Notes under the pieces: model-generated
The model's database searches: none
Seen by the model: the letters and a program-made list of their open reading frames with translations, nothing else
What the model was told of the DNA's origin: nothing
NCBI RefSeq assembly: GCF_001194135.2
Contig: NC_068986.1
Location: 94,715,876-94,762,599 of the forward strand
Reading direction: 5' to 3'
DNA from: Octopus bimaculoides
Taxonomy: Eukaryota
DNA length: 46,724 bases
In this document: one piece after another, positions 12,734 to 24,784 of the stretch
Layout: every line of letters starts with the position of its first letter
How positions within the stretch are numbered: the stretch's first letter is position 1
Translations under genes and position numbers: made by a program

Positions 12734-15536
12734 TGTCTGTGTTTGTCCCCACACCATCGCTTGACAGCCGATGTTAGTGTGTTTACGTCCCCGTAACATA
12801 GCGTTGCGGCAAAAGAGACCTATATAATAAGTACTAGACTTACAAAGAATAAGTCCTGGAGTTGATTTGTTCGACTAAAGGCGGTGCTCCAGCATGGCTG
12901 CAGTCAAATAACTGAAACAAGTAAAAGAGTAATAGAATAAAAGAACATCTACATATCGTCCCATTTTCACAACTCTTAATGAGATTTCATAAAACTGCAG
13001 TCTTGGAACCAAGATTTCATATTTACTCTTATTCATCGACATCTCAGCATCCTTTTTTAATGTCACCTGTTTAAATTATTCATGCCTTTATAACTTCACA
13101 CCTCTTTATAAAGGTGTTTACGACTGTGAAGTGTGCATACATTTATATCTGTGAATATATACGTATTAGTATAGTTGGCACGCCACAGAACTAGTCCGAG
13201 AGCTTTTTGATACCACCTCGTGTAAGTTTGTATTGGTTTCAAATTTTGGCACAAGGCCAACAATTCCGGCGAGGAAAGTCGATTACATTGACTCTGGTGT
13301 TCAAATGGTGTTTATTTCATCGACCCTCAAAGGACGAAAAGAAAATTCGAGCTCGGCGGAATCTGAACTCAGAAAGTAAAGACGGACGAAATGCTGCTCA
13401 GTGTATATATTCGCAGATACAGGTAAAGGGTAAAGACCCCCATCGGTCAAAAATGACCATGGGATTGCACCTAGAAAGTTACCTTCCGATGGTGCTGAAA
13501 AGTTCCTGGCTTTAAGGATATTGCGAAAGGCCTGATTGGAGGCCCAACCTTCCGAGTTTTTTTACAGGGCCGCTGCAATAAGTGTGTGAAAGTCCGGGGA
13601 AGGTTGTTTGTGGAAGACTAGCAGTCGGCCATGCATACCAGCCTCTCCTCTCCACACCACTGCTGTTTTCCAGTGGAAAGGGAAAGGTAGATACAGCTTG
13701 GGACCAGTGACGTCGCAACTCATTTCTACAGCTGAGTAAACTGGAGCAACGTGAAATAAAGTGCCTTGCTCAAGAACAAAACTCACAGCCCGGCCCGGGA
13801 ATCGAACTCGCTACCTTATGATTCTGAGCCCGACTCTCTAACCACTGAGCTATGCACCTTCAGGTACAACACCAATTGACCAGATATTGATGGCCTGGCA
13901 TCTCTTATATACTCGGCATTACTTTACACTAATGTACAGATGTCTGTATTTCATTTAATTACTTGATTAAATTTAACATTTGTTTAATTTAGAGTCTGTT
14001 GACCAGTATGACCACTCTTGGTTCAGAAAAATCAGTTATCTTGGAGGACTTTGGAACCAGGAGTTCCAGAAAATCGGTTCTTCCTGTACATACCATTCCA
14101 TGACCTTATTTCTAACCATAATGCTTGTCTTTCAGTCATGATTACAATTATTAAGCTGCAGAGTGATTGGCGTTAGAATCCTTGCCAGATCAGATTGGAG
14201 CCTGGTGCAGCCTACTGGCTTGTCAGTCCTCAGTCAAACCGTCCAATCCATGCCAGGATGGAAAACGAATGTGAAGTGATGATGATAATGATGGATGAGG
14301 AAAAAAGTCTTTCGGTTCCACATAATAGCTACCTTATCTTTTATCTTTTACTTGCTTCAGTCATTAGACTACGGCCATGCTGGGGCATCACTTTAAAGAA
14401 TTTTTAGTGGAATGAATCAACGTCAAAACTTAAAACTTTTTTTTTTAAGCCTGCTACTTATTCCATCGATCTCTTTTGCTGACCCGTTAAGTTGCAGGGA
14501 TATAAACACACAAGCACTGGACATCAAGCGGTGATGAGAAACACACACACACCACACGCGTGTATATAACATATAAACACGATAGGCTTCTTTCAATTTC
14601 CATCTACCAAATCTATTCACAAGGCTTCTTTTTCTTCTACACCTTACCAAAAGATATTTTATTGTCCTGGTTTTCCTATATATTCAAAATAACAAATTTC
14701 TGGAGCCACACAAAAACGCACTGGTTATGGGGCCACGTAAATAAAAACCCTGGTTATGGGGCCACATAAAAAAAAAGCACTGGTGCTGGTGTCACATAAA
14801 AAGCACCCACTACACTCTTATAGAGTGGTTGGCATTAAGAAGGGCATACAGCTGTAGAAACTATGGCAAAATGGACAATGGAACCTGCTGCGGCTCCTGT
14901 CAAACTGTCCAACCCATGCCAGCACGGAAAATGGACATTAAATGATGATGTTGAGCTACATGTTACATCAGATAAAGTAGGTTTAAATATCCAGAAAAGA
15001 TCGGAATGGTTCTGGTAGGAATGCATTTGATCAACAGCCTGCCGGATCATAATTGACCTTGGGTTAAATAGCAACAACAAACACATGTAAAACAAAATAA
15101 ATAAAATTTATTTTCTCTTTTACTGCTAAGTAGTATATTGTTAAGGCCATAATGAAGCCCAAGTTGGCCCTGAACTGTGCTGATGAAAGGAAAACAACTG
15201 CCAATGCTGTGGAATAAAAGATCATCATTTTGGTTGTGAGCAGTGAAATGCATGTTGTTGTAGTTGTTGTTGTTGAGATCCAACCTCTAGAGTCTCCATA
15301 CGTCGCTTCTTAGTCTCGGGTTGAGAATCTGAAATATATAACATTTCCAATTAAGTGTGTGCGTGTGTGTGCGAGAGAGAGAGTGTGTGTATGTAATACA
15401 ATCCACAGGACAATTTGACAGGGGAAATAATGTCACGATTTGTAGCTCAATGATTTTTGGAGAAGCACAAATGCAAACAAATGTAAACACAGACATCCCC
15501 AATACATTTATTCATTTATATATGTATATATATATG

Positions 15537-15756
15537 TGAGAAGGGATGACCACTAATTGGACATCCTTTATGCTAGAAATCGACCATCAACGGTCAAAAC
15601 AACGAAAGAAAAGAATGTTCTCCAAGGAAATTCAACGCACACCAGAACATGCATTGAATTTCCCTGGAGAACATTCTTTTTTTTTTTTTTGTGGTTTGAC
15701 TGTTGATGGTCGATTTCTAGCGTAAAGGATGTCCACTTAGAGGTCATCCCTTCTCA
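15537..15756. mobile_element. Foldback or MITE-like ~220-bp imperfect palindrome
   Basis: 15537-15635 pairs with 15654-15756 around an 18-nt loop, with TA or TA-repeat flanks. Confidence 0.8.
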
Positions 15757-15967
15757 TAGGTATGTAATATAATTTTTCTGAACTTTCAGAATTTTCTTTA
15801 TGCTGGACCACTGGTTTTAAATTGGTGTTAATTAAATTAATATCCAATTTATCACCCTTATCNNNNNNNNNNNNNNNNNNNNNNNNNNNNNNNNNNNNNN
15901 NNNNNNNNNNNNNNNNNNNNNNNNNNNNNNNNNNNNNNNNNNNNNNNNNNNNNNNNNNNNNNNNNNN

Positions 15968-15999
<32 letters not shown>

Positions 16000-16882
16000 G
16001 CTGTTGGACACGGCATTGCTCGTGTTTTCCATGTTGAAGTTAAGCCCACCTCTGACCTTGTACTGAATAAGCATTTCCTTAGAGAATATTCTATCGATTT
16101 TTTTGAAATTTCAAATGTGAAAAAATGCAAAAGCTGCAGGGAAAATAACATCATTATGGGAATTTCCATTCAAATGCCCGATTGAGCTGACAAAAATTGA
16201 TGCCAATTGAGCATTATCAAGTTTTCGAAAAATTCCGGCCTTATTTGAACTTCAAGGCATGTGATCTACCTAAGTGCCAAAAATCATTAAAATCGGTTGG
16301 ACGATGTGGGAGGAGTTTAAAGCTTTTGGCCATGACTGTGTATATATATACTGTAAAAACCAATGTAACTTACATACTTTCTGTTTGCAAAAATAAAAAT
16401 AAAATTTAGTGGGTGCGTAAATTACATGAGTAGATTGTTTCTGGAATTTTTTTAGAAATTTTCTTTTGTTGAGAAAAGATGTACAAAATGTAAACATTCG
16501 TACTGGAAGTTGACTCATTTAACTGACTTAAATATAATGAAGTTGACCTCTATTTATGCTGGACGGTATAATGCTTACATTTTCTGTATAAATTTACTAA
16601 AACCATTAAATGGTTAATTACTTTTTGAAATCTGACGTACATGCTGGTAATCATGGTCCGGGCCATATTTTACATATTTAACTCAGTTGAGTAACGTGTC
16701 ATCCAAGCTGATGTTTATTGGTAATTAAACTTCCCGTGACACCTGCATGAGAGCCAGTCCACCGGCACTGGCAACGACCTCGCTCGAATGATTTTCTAAC
16801 ATGCCACCAGCACAAGTGCTAGAAGGCAACGCTGGTAACAATTACGTTCTAATGGTGCTATTTACAGGCCACTAGCACGGAA

Positions 16883-16921
<39 letters not shown>

Positions 16922-17963
16922 GATAGTTTTATTGATAGTGATTTTGAAGTTTCCCCAAGTGTATGGCTTGTAGGCCTATGATAAAAGACTATCCACCCAA
17001 AACCATCCCATCATTTTGGAGAACAGACATTGAAAGAGCATTTAGCCTGTCAGAAAAAGCAGCTAAGTCTGTCAGAAATCACATTATACTATATTATAAA
17101 GTGAGCTGGCAGAATCGTCAGCACACCAGGCAAAATGCTTAGTGGTATTTCGCTTGTTGCTACGTTCTGAGTTCAAATTCCACTGAGATTGACTTTGCCT
17201 TTCATTCACTATGTCCTTTATTTTTGTAATATCCTTTCTACTAAAGGCACAAAACCTGAAATTTGGGGGAGGAGAATAGTCAATCACATCAACTCCAGTA
17301 CTTAACTGGTACTTAATTTATCGGCCCCCAAAACAATGGAAGGCAAAGTCAATCTCAGTGGAATTTGAACTCAGAACATAGTAACAGGCGAAATACCGCT
17401 AAGCATTTTGCCTGGTGTGCTAACAATTCTGCCAGCTCACAGCCATTTTTATTTTAATAATATAGTATGATGTGATTTCTGGCAGATTTAGCTGCTTTTT
17501 CTAACAGGCTAAATGCTCCTTCAATGTCTGTACCTTTGTACCTGTTAATGGGTTGGTGGTCTATGTGTGCAAATGGTAATAGTGTTATATATATATGCAA
17601 AGAATGTGTACATACACACACACACATACATGTGCAAATGTGTGTGTGTGCATGTGCTGTGTGTGTATGTGTGTGTGTGTGTGAGAGAGAGAGAGTCTAA
17701 TGTATAGAGCATACCATGTTGGCAACACTGTAAATATTTATCATGTCTCTCAGCAATGTAGAATTGGTAAAGCAGGAACCCCCACCCCCTCCCATCACAC
17801 ACACATACACACACACCCTATCGGATGAAGCAAAGTGTCTGTCTATGTATGCATGTGTGTGTGCGAGTATGTGTGTGAGTGTGTGTGTGTACTTATATCA
17901 TCATTTAATGTCCATTGTCCATGCTGGCATATAATATGTGTGTGTGTGTGTGTGTGCGTGTGT

Positions 17964-18016
<53 letters not shown>

Positions 18017-18394
18017 NNNNNNNNNNNNNNNNNNNNNNNNNNNNNNNNNNNNNNNNNNNNNNNNNNNNNNNNNNNNNNNNNNNNNNNNNNNNNNNNNNNN
18101 NNNNNNNNNNNNNNNNNNNNNNNNNNNNNNNNNNNNNNNNNNNNNNNNNNNNNNNNNNNNNNNNNNNNNNNNNNNNNNNNNNNNNNNNNNNNNNNNNNNN
18201 NNNNNNNNNNNNNNNNNNNNNNNNNNNNNNNNNNNNNNNNNNNNNNNNNNNNNNNNNNNNNNNNNNNNNNNNNNNNNNNNNNNNNNNNNNNNNNNNNNNN
18301 NNNNNNNNNNNNNNNNNNNNNNNNNNNNNNNNNNNNNNNNNNNNNNNNNNNNNNNNNNNNNNNNNNNNNNNNNNNNNNNNNNNNNNNNNNNNNN

Positions 18395-18430
<36 letters not shown>

Positions 18431-19234
18431 GTGTGTGTGTGTAAGTTTGTGTGCCTGTGTTTGTCCCCCAGCATCGCTTGAAAACTGATGCTGGTGTGTT
18501 TACGTCCCCGTAACTTAGCAGTTTGGCATAAGACACCGATAGATTAAGTACTAAGCTTACAAAGAATAAGTCCTGGGGTCGATTTGCTCGACTAAAGGTG
18601 GTGCTCCAGCATGCCGGCAGTCAAATGACTGAAACAAGTAAAAGAGTAAAAGAGTATATATATATATCCTGTTGAACTGTCCAACCCATGCCAGCATGGA
18701 AAACAGGCATTAGACAATGATGATGATATATATTATAAACACACACACATACAAAGCACAGGCATGGGCTGTGTGGTTAAAATGCTCTCTTGGTTTGAGG
18801 TTCAATCCTTCAGCATTGCAATGTGGGCAGGTGTTTTCTATTCTACGCTTGGACTGACCCAAGGTTTGTGAGTGGATTCACAAAAAAACACTTTGTTTAC
18901 AATTACAAGAGGTGTCATTCATTTGCAATCTGCCATGAAAATATATCTAGGCATTGTACTTGTTTGTGCTCAAGGGACAAGGAGGAAATATTACCCTGCT
19001 TGAGAACAAGCGCAGGTGGGTGACAGGAAAAGCATTCAATTGTACAGGGTTAGTGTGTCTTAAACTCTTCTCTTATGGCTTGAAGGCCTGTAACAACCAG
19101 GAAAGAACCTGCTCATTATGGCATGGGTTAGACGGTTTAACAGGATCCAACAGACTACAGGTGTGCATTGAGCTCCACACCAAATTTGACTTTGGAGCTC
19201 AACATAGTCATATACATATATCCATGTGTGTGTC

Positions 19235-20345
19235 ATCATCATCATCATCATCGTTTAACGTCCGCCTTCCATGCTAGCATGGGTTGGACGATTTGACTGA
19301 GGACTGGTGAAACCGGATGGCAACACCAGGCTCCAGTCTGATTTGGCAGAGTTTCTACAGCTGGATGCCCTTCCTAACGCCAACCACTCAGAGAGTGTAG
19401 TGGGTGCTTTTACGTGTCACCATATATATCATCATCATCATCATCATCATCATCATCGTTTAACGTCCGCTTTCCATGCTAGCATGGGTTGGACGACTTG
19501 ACTGAGGACTGGTGAAACCGGATGGNNNNNNNNNNNNNNNNNNNNNNNNNNNNNNNNNNNNNNNNNNNNNNNNNNNNNNNNNNNNNNNNNNNNNNNNNNN
19601 NNNNNNNNNNNNNNNNNNNNNNNNNNNNNNNNNNNNNNNNNNNNNNNNNNNNNNNNNNNNNNNNNNNNNNNNNNNNNNNNNNNNNNNNNNNNNNNNNNNN
19701 NNNNNNNNNNNNNNNNNNNNNNNNNNNNNNNNNNNNNNNNNNNNNNNNNNNNNNNNNNNNNNNNNNNNNNNNNNNNNNNNNNNNNNNNNNNNNNNNNNNN
19801 NNNNNNNNNNNNNNNNNNNNNNNNNNNNNNNNNNNNNNNNNNNNNNNNNNNNNNNNNNNNNNNNNNNNNNNNNNNNNNNNNNNNNNNNNNNNNNNNNNNN
19901 NNNNNNNNNNNNNNNNNNNNNNNNNNNNNNNNNNNNNNNNNNNNNNNNNNNNNNNNNNNNNNNNNNNNNNNNNNNNNNNNNNNNNNNNNNNNNNNNNNNN
20001 NNNNNNNNNNNNNNNNNNNNNNNNNNNNNNNNNNNNNNNNNNNNNNNNNNNNNNNNNNNNNNNNNNNNNNNNNNNNNNNNNNNNNNNNNNNNNNNNNNNN
20101 NNNNNNNCATGCAGCTATCCTCATCCATTCTCACCACATGTCCATACCAGCGCAATCGTCTCTCTTGCACACCACAACTGATGCTTCTAATGTTCAGCTT
20201 TTCTCTCAAGATACTTACACTCTGACGGGTATTCACATTGATGTTACACATCCAACGGAGCATACTGGCTTCATTCCTTGCGAGCTTATGTATGTCCTCA
20301 GCAGTTACAGCCCATGTTTCACTGCCATGTAGCATGGCTGTTCGT
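19235..20345 (-). mobile_element. RTE LINE 3' fragments (two tandem 3' tails plus an ORF piece, interrupted by a gap)
   Basis: The minus-strand ORF CVRTAMLHGSETWAVTAEDIHKLARNEASMLRWMCN...QERRLRWYGHVVRMDED matches 32820-33050. (ATC)n tails are at about 19235 and 19430. Confidence 0.85.
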
Positions 20346-20380
<35 letters not shown>

Positions 20381-21139
20381 GATATAGATATATTAAATTT
20401 CGCTGACTGGCACCCATGCCAGTGGAGCGCTAATAGCACCATCCGAGCGTGATCGGTGCCAGAGCAGCTGACTGGTTTACGTGCTGGTGGCACATAAAAA
20501 ACACCATTCGAACGTGATTGTTACCAGCATCGCCTTATTGGTACTTGTGCCAGTGGCACATGAAAAATCATTCGGACGAGGTTGTTGCCAGTGCCACTGG
20601 ACTGGCTCCTGTGCAGGTGGCAAGTAAAAAACACTACTTGAGCATGGCCATTGCCGGCACCGCCTGACTGGCCCTCGTGCCGGTGGCACGTAAAAGCACC
20701 CACTACACTCTATGCACTGGGGTCGATGTAATCAACTTAATCCCTTTGTCTGTCGTTGTTTGTCCGCTATATGTTTAGCCCCTTGTGGGCAATAAAGAAA
20801 TAAGAATCGTTAGCACGCTGGACGAAATGCTGAGCAGTATTTCACCCATCGCTATGTTCTGAGTCAAAATTCCGCCAAGGTCAATGTTACCATTCAGCCA
20901 GTAAATTAANNNNNNNNNNNNNNNNNNNNNNNNNNNNNNNNNNNNNNNNNNNNNNNNNNNNNNNNNNNNNNNNNNNNNNNNNNNNNNNNNNNNNNNNNNN
21001 NNNNNNNNNNNNNNNNNNNNNNNNNNNNNNNNNNNNNNNNNNNNNNNNNNNNNNNNNNNNNNNNNNNNNNNNNNNNNNNNNNNNNNNNNNNNNNNNNNNN
21101 NNNNNNNNNNNNNNNNNNNNNNNNNNNNNNNNATTTATT

Positions 21140-21850
21140 TTGTTAACCCCAAAAGGATGAAAGACAAAGTAAACTCCAATGGCATTTGAACTCAGAACAT
21201 AAAGATGGACAAAATACCGCTCAGCATTTTGCCCAGCATGCTAACGTTTCTGCCAGTTTAAGTTATCAAAATATCCTTTTCTATTCTAGGCACAAGTCTC
21301 GAAATTTTTTGAGGTGGGAGCCAGTCAATTAGATCATCCCCAGTATGCAACTGGTACTTAATTTATCAACCCTGAAAGGATGAAAGGCAAGGTCGACCTC
21401 AGTGGAATGTGAACTCAGAACGTAAAGACAGATGAAATACCACTAAACATTTCACCCAGCATGCTAACGTTTCTTATTTCTTTATTGCCCACAAGGGGCT
21501 ACACACATAGGGGACAAACAAGAACAGACAAAGGGATTAAGTCGATTACATCGACCCCAGTGCGTAACTGGTACTTAATTTATCGACCCTGAAAGAATGA
21601 AAAGCAAAATGGACCTCGGCAGAATTTGAACTCAGAACGTAACAGCAGACGAAATACCACTAAGCATTTTGCCCAGCGTGCTAACATTTCTGCCAGCTCG
21701 CCGCCTATAAGTTATCAAAATGTCCTTTTCTAATCTAGGCACAAGGCTCAAAAGTTTTTGAGGAGGGAGCCAGTCAATTAGATCAACCCCAATTTGCAAC
21801 TGGTACTTAATTTATCAACCCTGAAAGGATGAAAAGGCAAAGTTGACACA
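21140..21850 (-). repeat. Cluster of four SINE copies containing a ~450-bp-period local duplication
   Basis: The unique junction TAAGTTATCAAAAT(A/G)TCCTTTTCTA...GGAGCCAGTCAATTAGATCA recurs at about 21258 and 21708. Confidence 0.65.
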
Positions 21851-22229
21851 GTCACTCCTGCGCCTATCATAGTAATTATGTTATACATGATAAACCTAGT
21901 AATAGTTATTTAAATAAAATGAGATCTTATCAGGCACAGGGAAGTCGTTAACTTGCAATGTATAAAGTAAAATTGACAACAACTTTTGTCTTTATTAGTT
22001 TTTTATCATTTCAGTTTATAGAATCCATTTTAAAAGTAAAATTTATAAAATTATCATCCAGGTTAGGTTAGTTTTGTCATGATACCTCACTCGCCATTTA
22101 GGTGGGCACTAGGCATATCAACTACTGAAAGAAAGCAGAGTGGTACTACAAAAACAAAGGTGGTTCCTTGTTGCTGCAGTGGAGGTGGTGGTAGTGATCA
22201 GACAGAGTGTAGTGGAGTGCAATACAGTG

Positions 22230-22510
22230 TTGCACAATGGAGTACAATGTCAAGGAAGACAATGTTTAAGAAAGGAGTGCACAGAAATGCAGTGTTTTCA
22301 AGTGTGGTGCAGTGTACATGAATGCAGTGTATTTGGGGAGGTGCAGTATACAGGAATGCAATGTTTTTGAATAAAGTGCAGTGTATACAAATGCAGTGTT
22401 TCCAAGCGGAGTGCAGTCTACAGGAACGCAGTGTTTTCAAGTAAAGTGCAGTGTATAAGAATGCAGAATGAAGTGCAGAATACACGAATGAATTGTATTG
22501 TTGTTGAATA
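22230..22510. repeat. Degenerate tandem repeat of an AATGCAGTGT-like unit
   Basis: (A)AATGCAGTGT or AGTGCAGTGT recurs at roughly 10-20 bp spacing. Confidence 0.65.
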
Positions 22511-22884
22511 CCCTCCCACGGAAACAAATGTGGAACAGTATAGGATCGCAAAGGGCACCAGAGTTTTGATAAATGCAGTTTTACAGACATGAATGCAGTG
22601 GAGTGTGCGACGGCGTACACAGCACAGAGAAGGGTAGGGTCATCGGAAGGAACGATTAGAGGTTATGGTGCCCTTTACAAAATGTTGTTAAACCACACAC
22701 ACGGTTTGTTTGACAGCAGAGATTAGAGATGGATGCAATATCTGTGTTAGTAACTGTGCACAGCTGTTGTTCTGACTGGGGTCATACATCTCAGTCATGA
22801 GCTCACACACACACACATACCCAATCATACACACTGAACATGTATATACCTATATTCATGCGTGCGTGCATGTGGGTACGTGTG

Positions 22885-22945
<61 letters not shown>

Positions 22946-23034
22946 GCACACAAACACACACATACATACATGCACATATATATATATACACATGCACACA
23001 CACACACATACATGCACATGAACATACACACACA

Positions 23035-23079
<45 letters not shown>

Positions 23080-23089
23080 CACACACACA

Positions 23090-23250
23090 TAGGAGGAGAA
23101 GACTGAGGAAGACTTGTAACAAATTGGTGAAGACAGATCAGAAGTTGCTGCATCTTATGGAGGTGCTGACAAAAGACCATATGGATTGGGCATACGCTAT
23201 CTGGGAGACAATCCACCTGCCTGTCCAGGCATGGCAAAACAGATGATAAA
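23090..23250 (+). mobile_element. Old RTE ORF C-terminal remnant
   Basis: The translation RRRRLRKTCNKLVKTDQKLLHLMEVLTKDHMDWAYAIWE resembles the RTE C-terminus (compare GKPRKVWDEVVRRDLWTLGFTEEMTRDRELW at 33100-33195). Confidence 0.45.
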
Positions 23251-23518
23251 ATTTGTGTTTATACATGTATGTGTGTATACATGTATAAATATAAATACAC
23301 ATACATATGTATATACATAGCCATTAAATGAGACACAGGCACTTTCACACACATGCATACACACAATGGTAACTTCCACTTATCAAATTCAATCACAGAG
23401 CTTCAGTTGGACACAGGCCAGAGCAGAAGACACTTACCCAAGGTGTCAGACAGTGGGAATGAACCTGAAACCACATACTTAAGAAGCAAGCTTCCTAACC
23501 ACACAGATATAATATATA

Positions 23519-23572
<54 letters not shown>

Positions 23573-24194
23573 AGGTTGAAATACACGTACTACTCATTTT
23601 TGCGGGCTGAGTGGACTGAAGCAACGTGAAATAAAGTGTCTTGCTCAAGGCTACAATGCGTCGTTGGGAATATATATCATCATCATCATCATCATCATAT
23701 TCACTTAATAATGTCTGTTTTCCATGCTGGCATGGGTTAGACAGTTTGAGAGGAGATGGCTAGCTGAAGAGCTGCCCAGACTCCATATCTGTTGTGGTTT
23801 CTACAGCTGGGTGCTCTTCCTAACACCAACCACTTTGTAGAGTGTACTGGATACTTTTAACTCACCAGTGGCACAGGTGCTTTTATGTGGCACCAGCACA
23901 GGTGCTTTTTACGTGACACTGGCACCCACGAGCCCACAAGATTAGGAACACTCAGCTGAAGCAGGATACAGGGGACATACCTGTATGCAAGGATGGCCAC
24001 ATATTTACTTAGCTCTATATGTCTTCTCTAGCACAGCAAACTGCCAGGAGTCTCAGTCCCCTGTCATCCCCTCTGTGAGGCCCAACATCTGATGATTCCT
24101 TTCTCACCACTTCATCCTGCATCTTCATAACAAAAAAATAAACATTATGTACATTATTTACAATTGACGGATATTTGTCATCTTGTTTGTTGTT

Positions 24195-24240
24195 AACACA
24201 ACATTTCGGCTGATATACCCTCCAGCCTTCTTCGGATGAT
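24195..24240 (-). ncRNA. Degenerate inverted copy of the 24425-24470 hammerhead (core mutated)
   Basis: The reverse complement reads ATCAT-CCGAAGA-A-GGCTG(GAGGGTATAT)CAGCC-GAAA-TGT-T-GTGTT. It has U4>C in the core, C>U in helix III and a weakened helix I. Confidence 0.65.
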
Positions 24241-24424
24241 TTGGGGAAATTTTGAACCTGGGTTCTCATTCCTAAGGCATATGGTGTAGTGGTTAAGAGC
24301 GCAGGCTACTAACTCCAAGATTCCAAGTTCAATTCCAAGTAATGACCTGAACACTAATAATAATAATAATGATAATATCGAAAAATACCTCAGGAATGAG
24401 AACCCAGGTTTGAAATTTCCCCAA

Positions 24425-24470
24425 AACACCTGAAGAAGGCTGGAGTTTATATCCACCGAAACGTTGTGTT
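24425..24470 (+). ncRNA. Type I minimal hammerhead ribozyme motif
   Basis: AACAC-CTGAAGA-A-GGCTGGAGTTTATATCCACC-GAAA-CGT-T-GTGTT. Helix I is 5 bp, the core is CUGAAGA/GAAA with one extra A after A9, helix II is GG(c)UGGA/UCCACC, helix III is the palindrome ACGU, and the GUU triplet predicts a cut after 24465. Confidence 0.75.
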
Positions 24471-24784
24471 AGCAACAAACAAGATGAGGACAAATATCCG
24501 TCAAATGTAAATAATGTAAATAACATACATAATTCCTCATCTCTTAACTATAGAACCGTAAAAAAATAAACGATTAATATATGAACTTCATTAGCTTACA
24601 GCTGTTTCTGCTGTAAGATGCAGTGGACTCAACTGAGTAACACTCTTGTATATTGTATATATATATTATGTGTTTGTGTGTGTGTGTGTGTGGTGTTAAT
24701 GTATGTCAAAGTACATGCATTCATATATACATCATATGTATCCAATCCACAAAGACTACTGCTGTTGTTGTAATATGTTAACTT

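Larger units (their letters stand above)
24145..24555. mobile_element. Inverted-repeat element: two ~130-bp hammerhead-containing arms around a tRNA-like head and (TAA)n
   Basis: About 24150-24279 is the reverse complement of about 24386-24517. The spacer holds TGGTGTAGTGGTTAAG (A-box-like), GTTCAATTCC (B-box-like) and a TAA repeat. Confidence 0.7.

Noticed and set aside
13044-13066. Candidate TRMT5 exon 5 (TTTAAACAG|GT GAC ATT..., giving GDIKKGC*)
   Set aside because: The pyrimidine tract is weak and there is no homology. Such short phase-compatible hits are expected by chance.
22198-22620. 140-aa minus-strand ORF as a TRMT5 terminal exon
   Set aside because: It is largely the translation of the AATGCAGTGT tandem repeat.
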